Source: Vulcanimicrobiota bacterium (GTDB lineage: Bacteria; Vulcanimicrobiota; Vulcanimicrobiia; Vulcanimicrobiales; Vulcanimicrobiaceae). From it: 64,000 nucleotides of DNA. Under the pieces are notes generated by a model. The model worked only from the letters and a program-made list of their open reading frames with translations, searched no databases and had not been told where the DNA came from. The position numbers and the translations under genes are program-made. Every line of letters starts with the position of its first letter. The first letter of the stretch is position 1. Location of the stretch: positions 1,536,001 through 1,600,000 of the forward strand of contig OY970223.1 of NCBI GenBank assembly GCA_963714015.1, given 5' to 3'. Positions 8,243 to 17,785 of the stretch are shown here, one piece after another.

Positions 8243-9109
8243 TCACATGTTGGGTTTGAACGTGACCTTGAACAGGTAGGTCGAGGGCACGTTTTGGCAA
8301 TACGCGACGGCGTTCTTGTAGGTCGAACCCTTGGCCGCAGACAATGCAGCGTCGTCGAACGCGGCGACTCCCGACGGCCCCGAAACCCAGGCGTCTGCCA
8401 AAGTGCCGTCTGCGGTAATCGCGACGGTCACGTCAACCGTCCTCGTTCCCGTGGATAGTCCACGCGCACTCTGCGGATACTGAGGCCGGGCCTGGTTCAG
8501 TACAGTTGCATCGGAGGATGGTTGAGCGCAATCCGTCTTCTCGAGCGGCTTTGAAGCCTTCGGCGCGATAATCACCGCATCGGCTGCAGGCGGCGCATGC
8601 AGAACGTCCAGAGCGTGAGTCGTGAACATTTGCATCGGCCGCCCCGGTGGAGCCTGCCGCGTGTGACCAGGCGGCGGAGGCAGACACTGGAACAGGCCTT
8701 GGCTTTGCCAACCGAACGAATCTCCTTGGCTCTGTGCCGTATTCACCCAGGAGCTCTCGAGCCGAACGCTCGACGGGAACCGCAAGTACATTACGGGCGA
8801 AGCCCATTCGCGCCGGACGAACGAAGTCCACGGCCCGTAATACGTTCTATCTTTTTCGGTAAGGTCGACGCGCGGAAGATCTGCGGTAAACCATCCTGCG
8901 GCGGTGTCGAACGCAAGGCTCGCAAGAACCGTGCGCGGGCCATAGGCCTCCAATTCAAAACCGTAAACTTGCGCACTGCCGTCGCTCGCCGGGTCGACTT
9001 TTTGAATGTTCAGCCTCGCGGGACAAAACTCCGCATAGGCCAGTGCGGCTCGGTGATTTAAAGCCAGAAAGCCTGCGCATAGAAGCAGGCTTAGAAACAC
9101 CCGTTTCAT
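8243..9109 (-). CDS. Secreted protein with C-terminal TonB-C-like domain (paralog A)
   Basis: Signal peptide; PQYPQSAR...VTVAITADG...SGVAAFDDAALSAA...VTF. Confidence 0.8.
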   Translation of the reverse strand: MKRVFLSLLLCAGFLALNHRAALAYAEFCPARLNIQKVDPASDGSAQVYGFELEAYGPRTVLASLAFDTAAGWFTADLPRVDLTEKDRTYYGPWTSFVRREWASPVMYLRFPSSVRLESSWVNTAQSQGDSFGWQSQGLFQCLPPPPGHTRQAPPGRPMQMFTTHALDVLHAPPAADAVIIAPKASKPLEKTDCAQPSSDATVLNQARPQYPQSARGLSTGTRTVDVTVAITADGTLADAWVSGPSGVAAFDDAALSAAKGSTYKNAVAYCQNVPSTYLFKVTFKPNM

Positions 9110-9121
9110 TTTTCAGCTCCT

Positions 9122-9955
9122 TTACTGACCCGATTTAAACGTGACCGTGAGATAGAAAATCGAAGGTACGGCTTGGCAGTAAAGACGCGCTGCCTGATAT
9201 GTGGACGCCTGTGCGGCAGCTAGCGCCGCTGCGTCGAGGGTGGCGTCGTCTGCTGTTCCCTGCACCCAGGCGTCTGCGATGGAGTTGTCGGGATCGATCG
9301 CGACCGCCACAATGCTCGTTCCGGATGCGCCGACCGCGCGGGCCGCGTCGGGATAGTTGGTCTTGGCTTCTTTGACGACCCGGGCCGTAGAGAACGGCTG
9401 CGCGCAAGCAGTGCCTTCTAATGGGTTGCGTGATACGGCGGTCAGAACCGATTGCGTCGAATTGGGCGGGGCGGAAAGACCGGTGAGGTCCGCAAGCGAG
9501 TACTTTGGATCGGCCCATGCTTCCGCGTCGGGCGTGCAAGACACTTTACCGCGATCGCTCCAGTGGAACACGTCGCCGAACGATGCTGCACTGATGACGA
9601 ATGCACGATCGACACGCACGGCGGACGGAAAACGGACGTACACGATCGGCGATACCGACAAGGCAATATCGACCGGGTACGTCAAGGGAATCGTCCGCGT
9701 GGACCCGCTCAAGGCCGTTTGCGGGACGTCGACCTGAAACCAGCCGGCGCTCGTGTCGAATGCAACTCGGGCCGAGACTTGCCTATCGCTGAGCGCGCGT
9801 AGTTGCAGGCCGTACGTTTGCGAGCTTCCCCCATGCGGCGCAACCGGCGCGACGTCGGCAATTGCCGGACAAAACTCCGTCGTGGCAAAGGCGCGGTCAT
9901 GACAAACGGCGAGCAAACCCAAACAGCAAAGGACCGAGGCGAGCAAAGGCTTCAT
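9122..9955 (-). CDS. Secreted protein with C-terminal TonB-C-like domain (paralog B)
   Basis: Signal peptide; YPDAAR...VAVAIDPD...LDAAALAAA...VTF; collinear with paralog A. Confidence 0.8.
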   Translation of the reverse strand: MKPLLASVLCCLGLLAVCHDRAFATTEFCPAIADVAPVAPHGGSSQTYGLQLRALSDRQVSARVAFDTSAGWFQVDVPQTALSGSTRTIPLTYPVDIALSVSPIVYVRFPSAVRVDRAFVISAASFGDVFHWSDRGKVSCTPDAEAWADPKYSLADLTGLSAPPNSTQSVLTAVSRNPLEGTACAQPFSTARVVKEAKTNYPDAARAVGASGTSIVAVAIDPDNSIADAWVQGTADDATLDAAALAAAQASTYQAARLYCQAVPSIFYLTVTFKSGQ

Positions 9956-10530
9956 GCGGGGCCTATTTTGCGCACCGGCGCCGCGCGGCCTTGTAACGGT
10001 GCGCGGACACGCGGTTCGTAGTGCGTGGTGCGGCCCGCCGGGAGCGATTCGAAGAGCGTGAGCTCTTTCACGCTGAGGCGAACCGGCTTGAAGTCGAGCA
10101 CGGGCAGGTGCGCGTTGCCTTCCTTTACGCGAGCGATGGTCACGTGAGTGACGGCGTCTTTTTCAAAATTGAACCCTAAACGGCCGTATTCGATGCGCAG
10201 CGCTGCCGCAACGTTGCGGAACTCTTCGCCCTGCTCACGGCAGCCTATCCAGATGATCCGCGGCTTGCGTTCGTGCGGAAACGCGCCGACCTTGTCGAAC
10301 TGCAGCGTGAATCCTTTGCATGCCGAGGCAGCCGCTCGCAACGCCTGCGCAATCGGTTCCACCTGGTCGGCGTCGACCCAGCCTAGAAAGGCAAGGGTCA
10401 CGTGAAGTTTCTGCGCAGGTTCGAAGCGAGCGCGGACACCTTGCGCCTCCAACCGCGCGGCGATTTGCGCGCACTCACGGCGCACGCGTGAATCCAGATC
10501 GATACCGGCGAAGAGCTTTGGGCGGTACAC
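9952..10530 (-). CDS. thpR: RNA 2',3'-cyclic phosphodiesterase (2H family)
   Basis: Two HxT motifs (LHVTLAFLG, THVTIAR), LFAGIDL N-terminus; GTG start 10530. Confidence 0.9.
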   Translation of the reverse strand: MYRPKLFAGIDLDSRVRRECAQIAARLEAQGVRARFEPAQKLHVTLAFLGWVDADQVEPIAQALRAAASACKGFTLQFDKVGAFPHERKPRIIWIGCREQGEEFRNVAAALRIEYGRLGFNFEKDAVTHVTIARVKEGNAHLPVLDFKPVRLSVKELTLFESLPAGRTTHYEPRVRAPLQGRAAPVRKIGPA

Positions 10531-10534
10531 TATT

Positions 10535-11182
10535 TTACTGCAGGTAGGGATTCTCGTTGCGCTCGACGCCGACCGTCGTGGCCGGTCCATGTCCAGGAAC
10601 GACTTGGGTATCGTCCGCATACGGCAGCAACTTGCGTTGAATGCTCGCAACGATGTCCTCCATCGACGTACCGCCCAGATCCCAACGCCCGATCGAGCCT
10701 GCGAACAACGTGTCTCCGGAAAAAACGGTGTGCTCGTCGAGCGCGAAGCAGACGCTTCCGGGCGTGTGTCCCGGCGTATGCAAAACTTCTATCGTCGATG
10801 GGCCGATGTCGATACGGTCGCCGTCGGCAAGGTCTCCGTCCAGTTGCACGATTCTCGGCGCGTTACTCATCCCCAGCCAGCTCGCCTGAACCTCGAGCGC
10901 ATGATAGAGCGGGATGTCGGCCGGATGCAGCAGCGCGCGTCCGCCGGCGCGTTCGCGAAGCGCTTGTAAATCGCCGATGTGATCGATGTGCGCGTGCGTA
11001 TGCAGCAGATACTTCGCCCGCACGTTGAGCGCGGTGAGGCGCCGATCGACCTCTGCCGCGCCGTCGCCGCCGTCGATCACGATGGCCTCTCCGCTTGCCT
11101 GGTCGGCAAGGATAGTGCAGTTGCATGCCAGCGGCCCCACGGCGAACGTCTCTATAAGCACGTCGCGGCTTTCTGCGCCCAT
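10535..11182 (-). CDS. MBL-fold metallo-hydrolase (glyoxalase II-like)
   Basis: THAHIDHIG, TPGHTPGS, SGDTLF, PGHG, NPYL. Confidence 0.92.
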   Translation of the reverse strand: MGAESRDVLIETFAVGPLACNCTILADQASGEAIVIDGGDGAAEVDRRLTALNVRAKYLLHTHAHIDHIGDLQALRERAGGRALLHPADIPLYHALEVQASWLGMSNAPRIVQLDGDLADGDRIDIGPSTIEVLHTPGHTPGSVCFALDEHTVFSGDTLFAGSIGRWDLGGTSMEDIVASIQRKLLPYADDTQVVPGHGPATTVGVERNENPYLQ

Positions 11183-11223
11183 GGTCCTAACTCCAGGCCC
11201 CGCCTTGCCGATATTCAAGAGCG

Positions 11224-11760
11224 GTGGACATCAATTTGGACTTGGCGCAAGTGCAGGCGCGGATCGCCGAAATTTCGGGAGCCGCGGCGGCCGGAGCGCG
11301 CTCGAGCGGCTCCTCGCCGTTCGCAACGATGGTTTCCGGCTTGGTAGGCGCGCAGTCCGGCGCATCGCCGGGCACGGGCATGCAATGGCCGGTTTCCGGA
11401 AACATCACCTCCCCGTTTGGTGAACGCAAGAATCCCCTTGGAGCCGGCGACGATTTTCACCCCGGCGTCGACATCGCCGCGGACAGCGGTACGCCGATCG
11501 GAGCGGCCGCGCCCGGGCGCGTGATTTCAGCCGGGCCGGACGGCGGCTACGGCAATTTAATCGTGTTGGACAATGGAAACGGCGTAACGACGCGCTACGC
11601 GCACTGCTCGCAGATATTGGCGCGTGTGGGCGAGATCGTCGGCGCGGGACAAACGATCGGCGCGGTCGGTTCGACCGGCGCTTCTACGGGACCTCATCTG
11701 CATTTCGAGGTTCGAGTCAACGACAAGCCCGTCGATCCGGTTCCACTGCTTCAGCACTAG
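11224..11760 (+). CDS. M23 family metallopeptidase
   Basis: HPGVD, YGN, YAH, STGPHLHFEVR. Confidence 0.93.
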   Translation: MDINLDLAQVQARIAEISGAAAAGARSSGSSPFATMVSGLVGAQSGASPGTGMQWPVSGNITSPFGERKNPLGAGDDFHPGVDIAADSGTPIGAAAPGRVISAGPDGGYGNLIVLDNGNGVTTRYAHCSQILARVGEIVGAGQTIGAVGSTGASTGPHLHFEVRVNDKPVDPVPLLQH

Positions 11761-12503
11761 ACGTTCAAGTCGACGATCAGCGCGGAGTGATCCGTGAGCC
11801 GCTCGAGGCGGAACTCGTGATCGTAGAACGCGTTCGTCACGTCCGGCAATAGCGCCGAAGAAACAAATGCCTTGTCGAGCCGCCATCCGTTGTGGCGCTC
11901 CGGCCTTCCCATGCGCGGGTACCATGAATATTCGAGGACGCCGGGATTGCAGTGCACCCACGCTTCAGTCCAGCGTTCTTCCAGTGCCGCGTACAGGCCG
12001 GCAGTGCTGAACTCATCCGCTAATCGTTTCCGGCCCACGTTCGCCTCGATGTCGGTGGCGTTCCGGCCCGAGTTGAAATCGCCGATTGCCATCGCCGGGA
12101 TCGACGCGTCATTGGCGGCTCCGGCAAAATTGATGAGATAGGAGAGATGCGGGCGCTTGCGATCTTGTCCCGGAAGATAACAACCGATGACGTGGAGATC
12201 GCCGAATACGCACTCGATCATCGCCGCGGGATATGCATCGTGGGAGAAACCGGCGGGATTGTATATCGGCGTGAAGGCCGCGCTCGCTGCGACCAGCACG
12301 CCGTTGCCGCGGTGTCCGGCGGAATACGCCTGGTATGCCAGGCCGCTCTCGCGCATTACGGCGCGGATGCGAGCACCGCTCGCCGTGTCGCGAAATTCGC
12401 TGAACACGTAGATCGACGCCTCGTATGAGATCGCGCGTTCGAGCAAAGCGTCGATCTTGGTACTGGTACCCCCGGCTCTGACGTTGACGGCCAGAATGCG
12501 CAT
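11757..12503 (-). CDS. Endonuclease/exonuclease/phosphatase (ExoIII-like) protein
   Basis: N-terminal NV, YLP, GDFN, YSWY, WRLD, TDHSAL. Confidence 0.85.
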   Translation of the reverse strand: MRILAVNVRAGGTSTKIDALLERAISYEASIYVFSEFRDTASGARIRAVMRESGLAYQAYSAGHRGNGVLVAASAAFTPIYNPAGFSHDAYPAAMIECVFGDLHVIGCYLPGQDRKRPHLSYLINFAGAANDASIPAMAIGDFNSGRNATDIEANVGRKRLADEFSTAGLYAALEERWTEAWVHCNPGVLEYSWYPRMGRPERHNGWRLDKAFVSSALLPDVTNAFYDHEFRLERLTDHSALIVDLNV

Positions 12504-13001
12504 TTACTCTACGCGAATGTCGAAGTCGTGAAAGCCGCCGTTGTAGTAACCCAACGGCGAGCCCGGACGCGATGCGCACGAGAGCACGCTGCCGATGAAG
12601 ATGCTATGGGATCCCGCGTGGTGCTCCTCAGCGACGCGGCAGTCCAAGTGGGCGACGGTTCCTGCCAAAACCGCAGCGCCGGTGGCATCGACGCGGAAGT
12701 CGACCCCTTCGAATTGGCGGTCGCGGCGCTTTCCGGAAAATCGTTCCGCCAGGTCGCGTTGATCCGCCGCCAGAAAGTTGACGCAGAAGATCTTTGACGT
12801 AGAGATGTACAGATAGCTGCGCGCTTCGCGATTGATGCAGATGAGTATCAGCGGCGGATCGGCGGAGACGCTGGCAAACGAACTAACCGTAAGTCCGCGC
12901 GGTTCGCCTTCACGTAAGCTCGTTACCACCGTCACGCCCGTGGGAAAGTGCCGCATCGCCGCCTTGAACTCTTCGGGCGACGGTGCCCGGTAGGCGTTCA
13001 C
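12504..13001 (-). CDS. Flavin reductase family protein
   Basis: FPTGVTVVT, SVSADPPL, AGSHSIFIG, PLGY; GTG start overlaps upstream stop. Confidence 0.92.
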   Translation of the reverse strand: MNAYRAPSPEEFKAAMRHFPTGVTVVTSLREGEPRGLTVSSFASVSADPPLILICINREARSYLYISTSKIFCVNFLAADQRDLAERFSGKRRDRQFEGVDFRVDATGAAVLAGTVAHLDCRVAEEHHAGSHSIFIGSVLSCASRPGSPLGYYNGGFHDFDIRVE

Positions 13002-13561
13002 CGAATTCTCGCGCCTATGCCGAGCCCTTCGCCAAGCGGCAGAATGGTGGCGTCCAAATCGGAGTGCTCGAGAAATCTTCGATTGAAGCGGTCGTCCCCA
13101 TCGTCTCTGAGCAAGCCGTAGAAGACGATGAGACCGGAGAGCTTGAGCAGTGGAAAACAATGGTCGAGATAGTCGTCGTAGTCGGTCCGCGGCGCGTCGA
13201 CGAAAACGACGTCCATGTTGCGTTGCGGAAAAATCGGCAGCACTTCGAGCGCGGGCTGATTGACGATCTCGATGTAGTCGTCTTCCCCCGCCCGCGCAAA
13301 ATACGACTGCGCAATCTCGGTCCGATCGCAGTCCGGATCGAAGGTCCAAATCTTGCCCAGCGGCGGCTGAGCGAGCGCCATCCACAGCGTTGCATATCCG
13401 TAGGCCGTCCCGATCTCCATGATGCGGTTGGCTTGCATGGCATGGACGAGCGTCGAGAGCAGCTTTCCCACCGGCCTGGGGATCAGCGTAACGTCCTCTT
13501 TGCGCGAATGCTGCTCGAGCTCAAGCAGAAGCGGATTCGGATGGGGGACGTCGTGGTACAT
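12998..13561 (-). CDS. Class I SAM-dependent O-methyltransferase (family 3-like)
   Basis: EIGTAYGY, DVVFVDA, LPLGEGL. Confidence 0.85.
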   Translation of the reverse strand: MYHDVPHPNPLLLELEQHSRKEDVTLIPRPVGKLLSTLVHAMQANRIMEIGTAYGYATLWMALAQPPLGKIWTFDPDCDRTEIAQSYFARAGEDDYIEIVNQPALEVLPIFPQRNMDVVFVDAPRTDYDDYLDHCFPLLKLSGLIVFYGLLRDDGDDRFNRRFLEHSDLDATILPLGEGLGIGARIR

Positions 13562-13644
13562 CCGTAGCCCAGTTTGTTTAACGGCCTGCGATTCCCCGTC
13601 GCTGTCCGGCAGGCGCGCTTTCGGCGGCGAGGGAAAGGGCCCGG

Positions 13645-14358
13645 ATGCCCACGCGGCTGCGGCTGTTTCCGCTCAACGCCGTGCTCTTTCCGGGAGCAGT
13701 GCTCAATCTGCACGTCTTCGAACCGCGCTACAAGCAGATGATCGCCGAGTGCGTGGAAGCCGGAGAAAATTTCGGCGTCGTTCTGATTCGCGAGGGTCAA
13801 GAAGCCGGTGATCCGTCCGTCGAACCGCATCAAATCGGATCGATTGCCGAAATACTCGAAGTAACTCCCCTTCCGTTCGAACGCTTTTACATCTCCACTG
13901 TCGGCCGGCAGCGTTTCCGTATACGGCGCATTCTCACGCGCGAACCTTACCTTACCGTGGAAGCGGATGTTCTCGAAGACGAGGACGGTCACGACGTCGA
14001 GGCCGATCGGATTCACAGCGAAGTTAGGGAAGCGTTCAAGGAGTATCTGGAGCTCATCGTGCAGTTCAGCGGTCAGCAGGCGGTGATGGATCTGCCGCAC
14101 GACGCGCGCGCGACGTCATACGCGATCGGCGACGCGCTGCAAGTCGCAGATCCGGTCAAGCAGCGGCTGCTGGAGATCGACGGCACCCAGCAGCGGCTGC
14201 GCGCCGAGCTGCGATTTCTCAAGCGCCTGCTGCCGCAACTTCGACTTTTGCTCGAGCGGCGCGAAGAAGAACTTCAGGCCCGTAAAGATCGCGGCGACGA
14301 AGATGCCGCGCGAAACGATCAAGAGCGCTTCTTCGGAAAGTATTTCAGCGCAAACTCA
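13645..14358 (+). CDS. LON peptidase substrate-binding domain protein (3' end inferred)
   Basis: LFPLNAVLFPG, LHVFEPRYKQM, GRQRFRI, KQRLLE; ORF as given runs through folD, probably from a 1-bp insertion at about 14357. Confidence 0.85.
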
Positions 14359-15222
14359 GCTCGGTCGAGCGCGGCGCTGCAGTTCGGCAGCTTTGATGAC
14401 GTTGCGCAGGAGCGCGACGTTGGTTACCGGTCCCACACCTCCTGGAACAGGCGTGATGGCTCCCGCGACTTCGACTGCGGAAGCAAAATCGACGTCGCCT
14501 TTGAGCTCGCCCTGGACCACCGTCGTGCCCACGTCGATGACCGTTGCGCCCGGCGCGACGTCGGCGCCGTTTATCAATCCCGGGACCCCGGTTGCCACGA
14601 CGACGATGTCCGCCATCCGCACGTACGGCTGGAGCGCGGCGGATTCTTTGTGGAGGACGGTAACCGTTGCATCGTGCGCGAGCATCAGCATCGCCACCGG
14701 AGCGCCGACTACGACCGATCTGCCGATCATCACGGCGTTCTTGCCGAGCAGAGGCCAGTGCGGGCTGCGTTCGAGCAGAAGCATCACAGCCGCCGGCGTT
14801 GCAGGCACGAATTCGGCGCCGCTTCCGAACGCCAAATGACCTTGGTTGGTCGGATGCGTTCCGTCCACGTCCTTATGACGCGGAATCGCGTCGGCAATGG
14901 TGCGTATTGAAAGATGCGGCGGAAGAGGCTGCTGAAGGATGACGCCGTGTACGGCGGGGTCCGTCGCCAGATTGGATAGTCGCTCGCGGATCGCGGATGC
15001 CGTCACCGAGGCCGGGAGGTCGTCGACGTGGACCGCGATCCCGACGCGTTCACCGGTCTTGACCAGATTGCGCACGTAGGCGAGCGATGACTCGTCCTCG
15101 CCCACGAGCGTGACGAGCAGCCGGGGATGAACCCCTGCTTCGCGAAGCGCAGTACTGCGATCGAGCAATTCTGCGCGCAGTTCGGCGGCGACGGCGCGAC
15201 CGTCGAGGATGAGTGCCGGCAC
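14356..15222 (-). CDS. folD: Methylenetetrahydrofolate dehydrogenase/cyclohydrolase
   Basis: LILDG, QQPLP, KDVDG, PATP, GRSVVVG, DVG, TPVPGGVGPVT. Confidence 0.96.
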   Translation of the reverse strand: MPALILDGRAVAAELRAELLDRSTALREAGVHPRLLVTLVGEDESSLAYVRNLVKTGERVGIAVHVDDLPASVTASAIRERLSNLATDPAVHGVILQQPLPPHLSIRTIADAIPRHKDVDGTHPTNQGHLAFGSGAEFVPATPAAVMLLLERSPHWPLLGKNAVMIGRSVVVGAPVAMLMLAHDATVTVLHKESAALQPYVRMADIVVVATGVPGLINGADVAPGATVIDVGTTVVQGELKGDVDFASAVEVAGAITPVPGGVGPVTNVALLRNVIKAAELQRRARPS

Positions 15223-15256
15223 GGCTTCGCGGATTCGTTCGGCAAAGGAGTCAAAC

Positions 15257-15538
15257 CTGGAACACGTCCGTAGGGAAGTACGACTCGGCCGGCATTTCAC
15301 TTCGGCTGATTTCGAACGCGCATTCGCGAGCTTCCGCCAGATGTATCAGGTCCGGCCGAAAAGTGTGCTTTGCAGTCCGGACGTATTGGTACGGTACTGC
15401 GAGTTGTTCGAGCGCGCCGATGATGCGCACCGTCGCGAAGTGCGCTTCGAGGGCGTGCGGATCGTAACGGCGATCTTGCCCGCAGGCACTGTGGCGTTCG
15501 AGGGTGAGGTTGACGAGGATCGGATGGGAGATTGGTGA
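15257..15538 (+). CDS. Small hypothetical protein, possible HK97-fold A-domain
   Basis: AAGGAG then in-frame CTG at 15257 (alternative ATG 15209 overlaps folD start); stop overlaps next gene. Confidence 0.65.
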   Translation: MEHVRREVRLGRHFTSADFERAFASFRQMYQVRPKSVLCSPDVLVRYCELFERADDAHRREVRFEGVRIVTAILPAGTVAFEGEVDEDRMGDW

Positions 15539-16074
15539 GAAGCCGCTTCACCTGGCTCTATTGGATTGCGGGCATCGTTATCGCGGTCGCCGTGATTGCG
15601 GTGTACTTTCTCGGCGGAAGCGGCGGCGCAGGCAGCGGTCCGGAATCGTTGGCCGGTAAGCCGGCGCCGAGCTTTACCGTTCAACGCATGGGGGGCGGGA
15701 CCGGCGGGTTGGACGCCTATCGAGGACACGTGGTCGTAATGAACCTTTGGGCGACGTGGTGTCCGCCGTGCCGCGCCGAAATGCCGGATCTCCAGCGGCT
15801 GTATCAAAGCTACGCATCCCGCGACGTCGTCGTGCTGGGCGTGGATCAGGGCGAGTCCGGAATGCGCGCCGCCGAGTTTGCGCAAGCGCTCGGTATTCGT
15901 TATCCGATCCTCATCGACGAGCAGCAGCAGTACGGACGAGTGTACGCCGCTCTGGGCATGCCCACGACGATAGTCATCGATCGTCGCGGCGTGGTAGTGC
16001 GCGGGTTCGACGGCGCGCTCTCTTACGATCAGATGGTCGCCGCAATTGCACCGCTCGTAGCCAAGTCTTCGTGA
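15532..16074 (+). CDS. TlpA/ResA-family membrane-anchored thioredoxin
   Basis: N-terminal TM, NLWATWCPPCRAEMP, GMPTT (cis-Pro). Confidence 0.93.
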   Translation: MVRSRFTWLYWIAGIVIAVAVIAVYFLGGSGGAGSGPESLAGKPAPSFTVQRMGGGTGGLDAYRGHVVVMNLWATWCPPCRAEMPDLQRLYQSYASRDVVVLGVDQGESGMRAAEFAQALGIRYPILIDEQQQYGRVYAALGMPTTIVIDRRGVVVRGFDGALSYDQMVAAIAPLVAKSS

Positions 16075-16955
16075 CGGCGTTTTGGGTTTTGTGCGCTTGC
16101 GCCTGTGGTATGGTGCTGGCGCAGGATGCATTTCCCGGGTCGCCGGTCTATCATTACGGATGGTACAACGCGATAATCGTCGCCCTATTCGTAATTGCGG
16201 CAATGCAGAAGAAGCGTAACTCGCTTGCAGCGTTCGGGTGCGCGATCGTCGTGTTCGCCGGCGTTGCGAGCGGCCTGATGGCGCCGGACACGCACGCGGT
16301 TGTCGGTGCGCCGGGCGCCACGGTGACGGACGGGGATCTCGGCGGTTCGTTCGTCTTTCCGCTTCAAGGTAACGAAATTATGCTGCAGCGCGGCCGATCT
16401 TCCGTAGCGATCTCGGACGGCCGCCGCTATACCGGCGGCTTCGTTTTGTGGGAAGAGCCGCGCACGGTCGTTTACGTAACCGCGGACGACCTGCGCGGGA
16501 ACCATTTGACGATTACACAGCCGACCAATGCGTCGTTCCTCTCGCCGGTGTTGCTGATGCAGCAGTCCACGGATATCAACGGCATGCACGTGCCGTTCGA
16601 TACCTTCTCCGTTCCGGCTGCGAACCGCAACGTGCGCGCGCTTCTCTTCGACAAACAGCAAACGGCGCTGCTCCAAAACGATCCGCAAATACAAGGCAGG
16701 AATGCCGTGCTTTTCGACGTCACCGATCAAGCGGGCCGCGAAGTTGCCGCCGGCTTAGGGTTCGCGCCGGACGGCGGAAGCGCAAAAGTCGGTGGTTTGG
16801 TCCTGAGGGCGCACGTTTCAACATATCCCGCGGTCGTCGCGGCGGCCGCACCGTATTGGCCGGTTTTGCTGCTCGGAGTGGCAATATTTGCCGCGGCTGC
16901 CGTTCGATCGGTCGCGGCCGGCAGTGACTCGCGCACGACGCGCGAGATTACTTGA
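16071..16955 (+). CDS. Membrane protein with large periplasmic loop, ResB/Ccs1-like topology
   Basis: GTG start overlaps tlpA stop; three N-terminal TMs including VYHYGWY, beta-rich loop, one C-terminal TM. Confidence 0.6.
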   Translation: MTAFWVLCACACGMVLAQDAFPGSPVYHYGWYNAIIVALFVIAAMQKKRNSLAAFGCAIVVFAGVASGLMAPDTHAVVGAPGATVTDGDLGGSFVFPLQGNEIMLQRGRSSVAISDGRRYTGGFVLWEEPRTVVYVTADDLRGNHLTITQPTNASFLSPVLLMQQSTDINGMHVPFDTFSVPAANRNVRALLFDKQQTALLQNDPQIQGRNAVLFDVTDQAGREVAAGLGFAPDGGSAKVGGLVLRAHVSTYPAVVAAAAPYWPVLLLGVAIFAAAAVRSVAAGSDSRTTREIT

Positions 16956-17785
16956 TCGAATCACGCATGCTTGCCGTCGTTCTGGCTGCTTTGCTGTGGC
17001 GTACGGTTGGACAGGAGCAAGTGTTTCAGCCGCCGCGCTTGCCGAATCGCACGTTTCTGCAGACGGTGCGGATGATGCGCGGCCGGCCGCTGGAGTACCG
17101 GACCACCGGCGGCGCGGTGCTGCGCGGCGTAGCGCTGCAAAGTACTCGATCGAATGCGCCGTACGTGCTGCTTTTCTATGGAAATTCCGAACTTGCGCAG
17201 TACGAGAACGATCGACTTACATGGCTGCAGCGTCTCGGGTTCAACGCCGTGTGCTTCGACTACCGCGGCTACGGCTATAGCACGGGCACGCCCGACGCCC
17301 GGCACATTCGCGAAGACGCCGTTGCGCTTTACGACTATGTCGTTCGGCGAATGGAGCGGTCCCACGCGCCCGCATTTGTCTACGGCGTCTCCCTCGGGAC
17401 GCAGTTCGCGATACACGTCGCAGCGCTGCGCCCGGTGCGCGGTCTGGTGCTGCAGTCGCCGCCTGCATCGGCCCAAGAAGAGTTGAACGCGTATGGGCGC
17501 CAAGCGCTCGGAATCGCGAGCGGTCTGGTGCAACTGGTCCCGAGCGGCGACGTGCGGCTGATCTTTCAAGGTCGCGCGGAGATTGCGTCCGTGCATGCGC
17601 CGCTGATCGTCGTTCACGGCGATCGCGATAACCTAGTGCCGATCGCTGAAGGCCGCGAGGTCTTCGACGCCGCCGCTGCTGCCGACAAACGTTTTGTGCA
17701 AATTCCCGGCGCAGGGCACGGCGACATCCGGTTTTCACAACCGCCCGCCGGGCCGGCCGTCGCCGAATTTCTACGATCGCATTAG
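16952..17785 (+). CDS. Alpha/beta hydrolase
   Basis: FDYRGYG, GVSLG nucleophile elbow, HGDRD, GAGH. Confidence 0.9.
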   Translation: MIESRMLAVVLAALLWRTVGQEQVFQPPRLPNRTFLQTVRMMRGRPLEYRTTGGAVLRGVALQSTRSNAPYVLLFYGNSELAQYENDRLTWLQRLGFNAVCFDYRGYGYSTGTPDARHIREDAVALYDYVVRRMERSHAPAFVYGVSLGTQFAIHVAALRPVRGLVLQSPPASAQEELNAYGRQALGIASGLVQLVPSGDVRLIFQGRAEIASVHAPLIVVHGDRDNLVPIAEGREVFDAAAAADKRFVQIPGAGHGDIRFSQPPAGPAVAEFLRSH

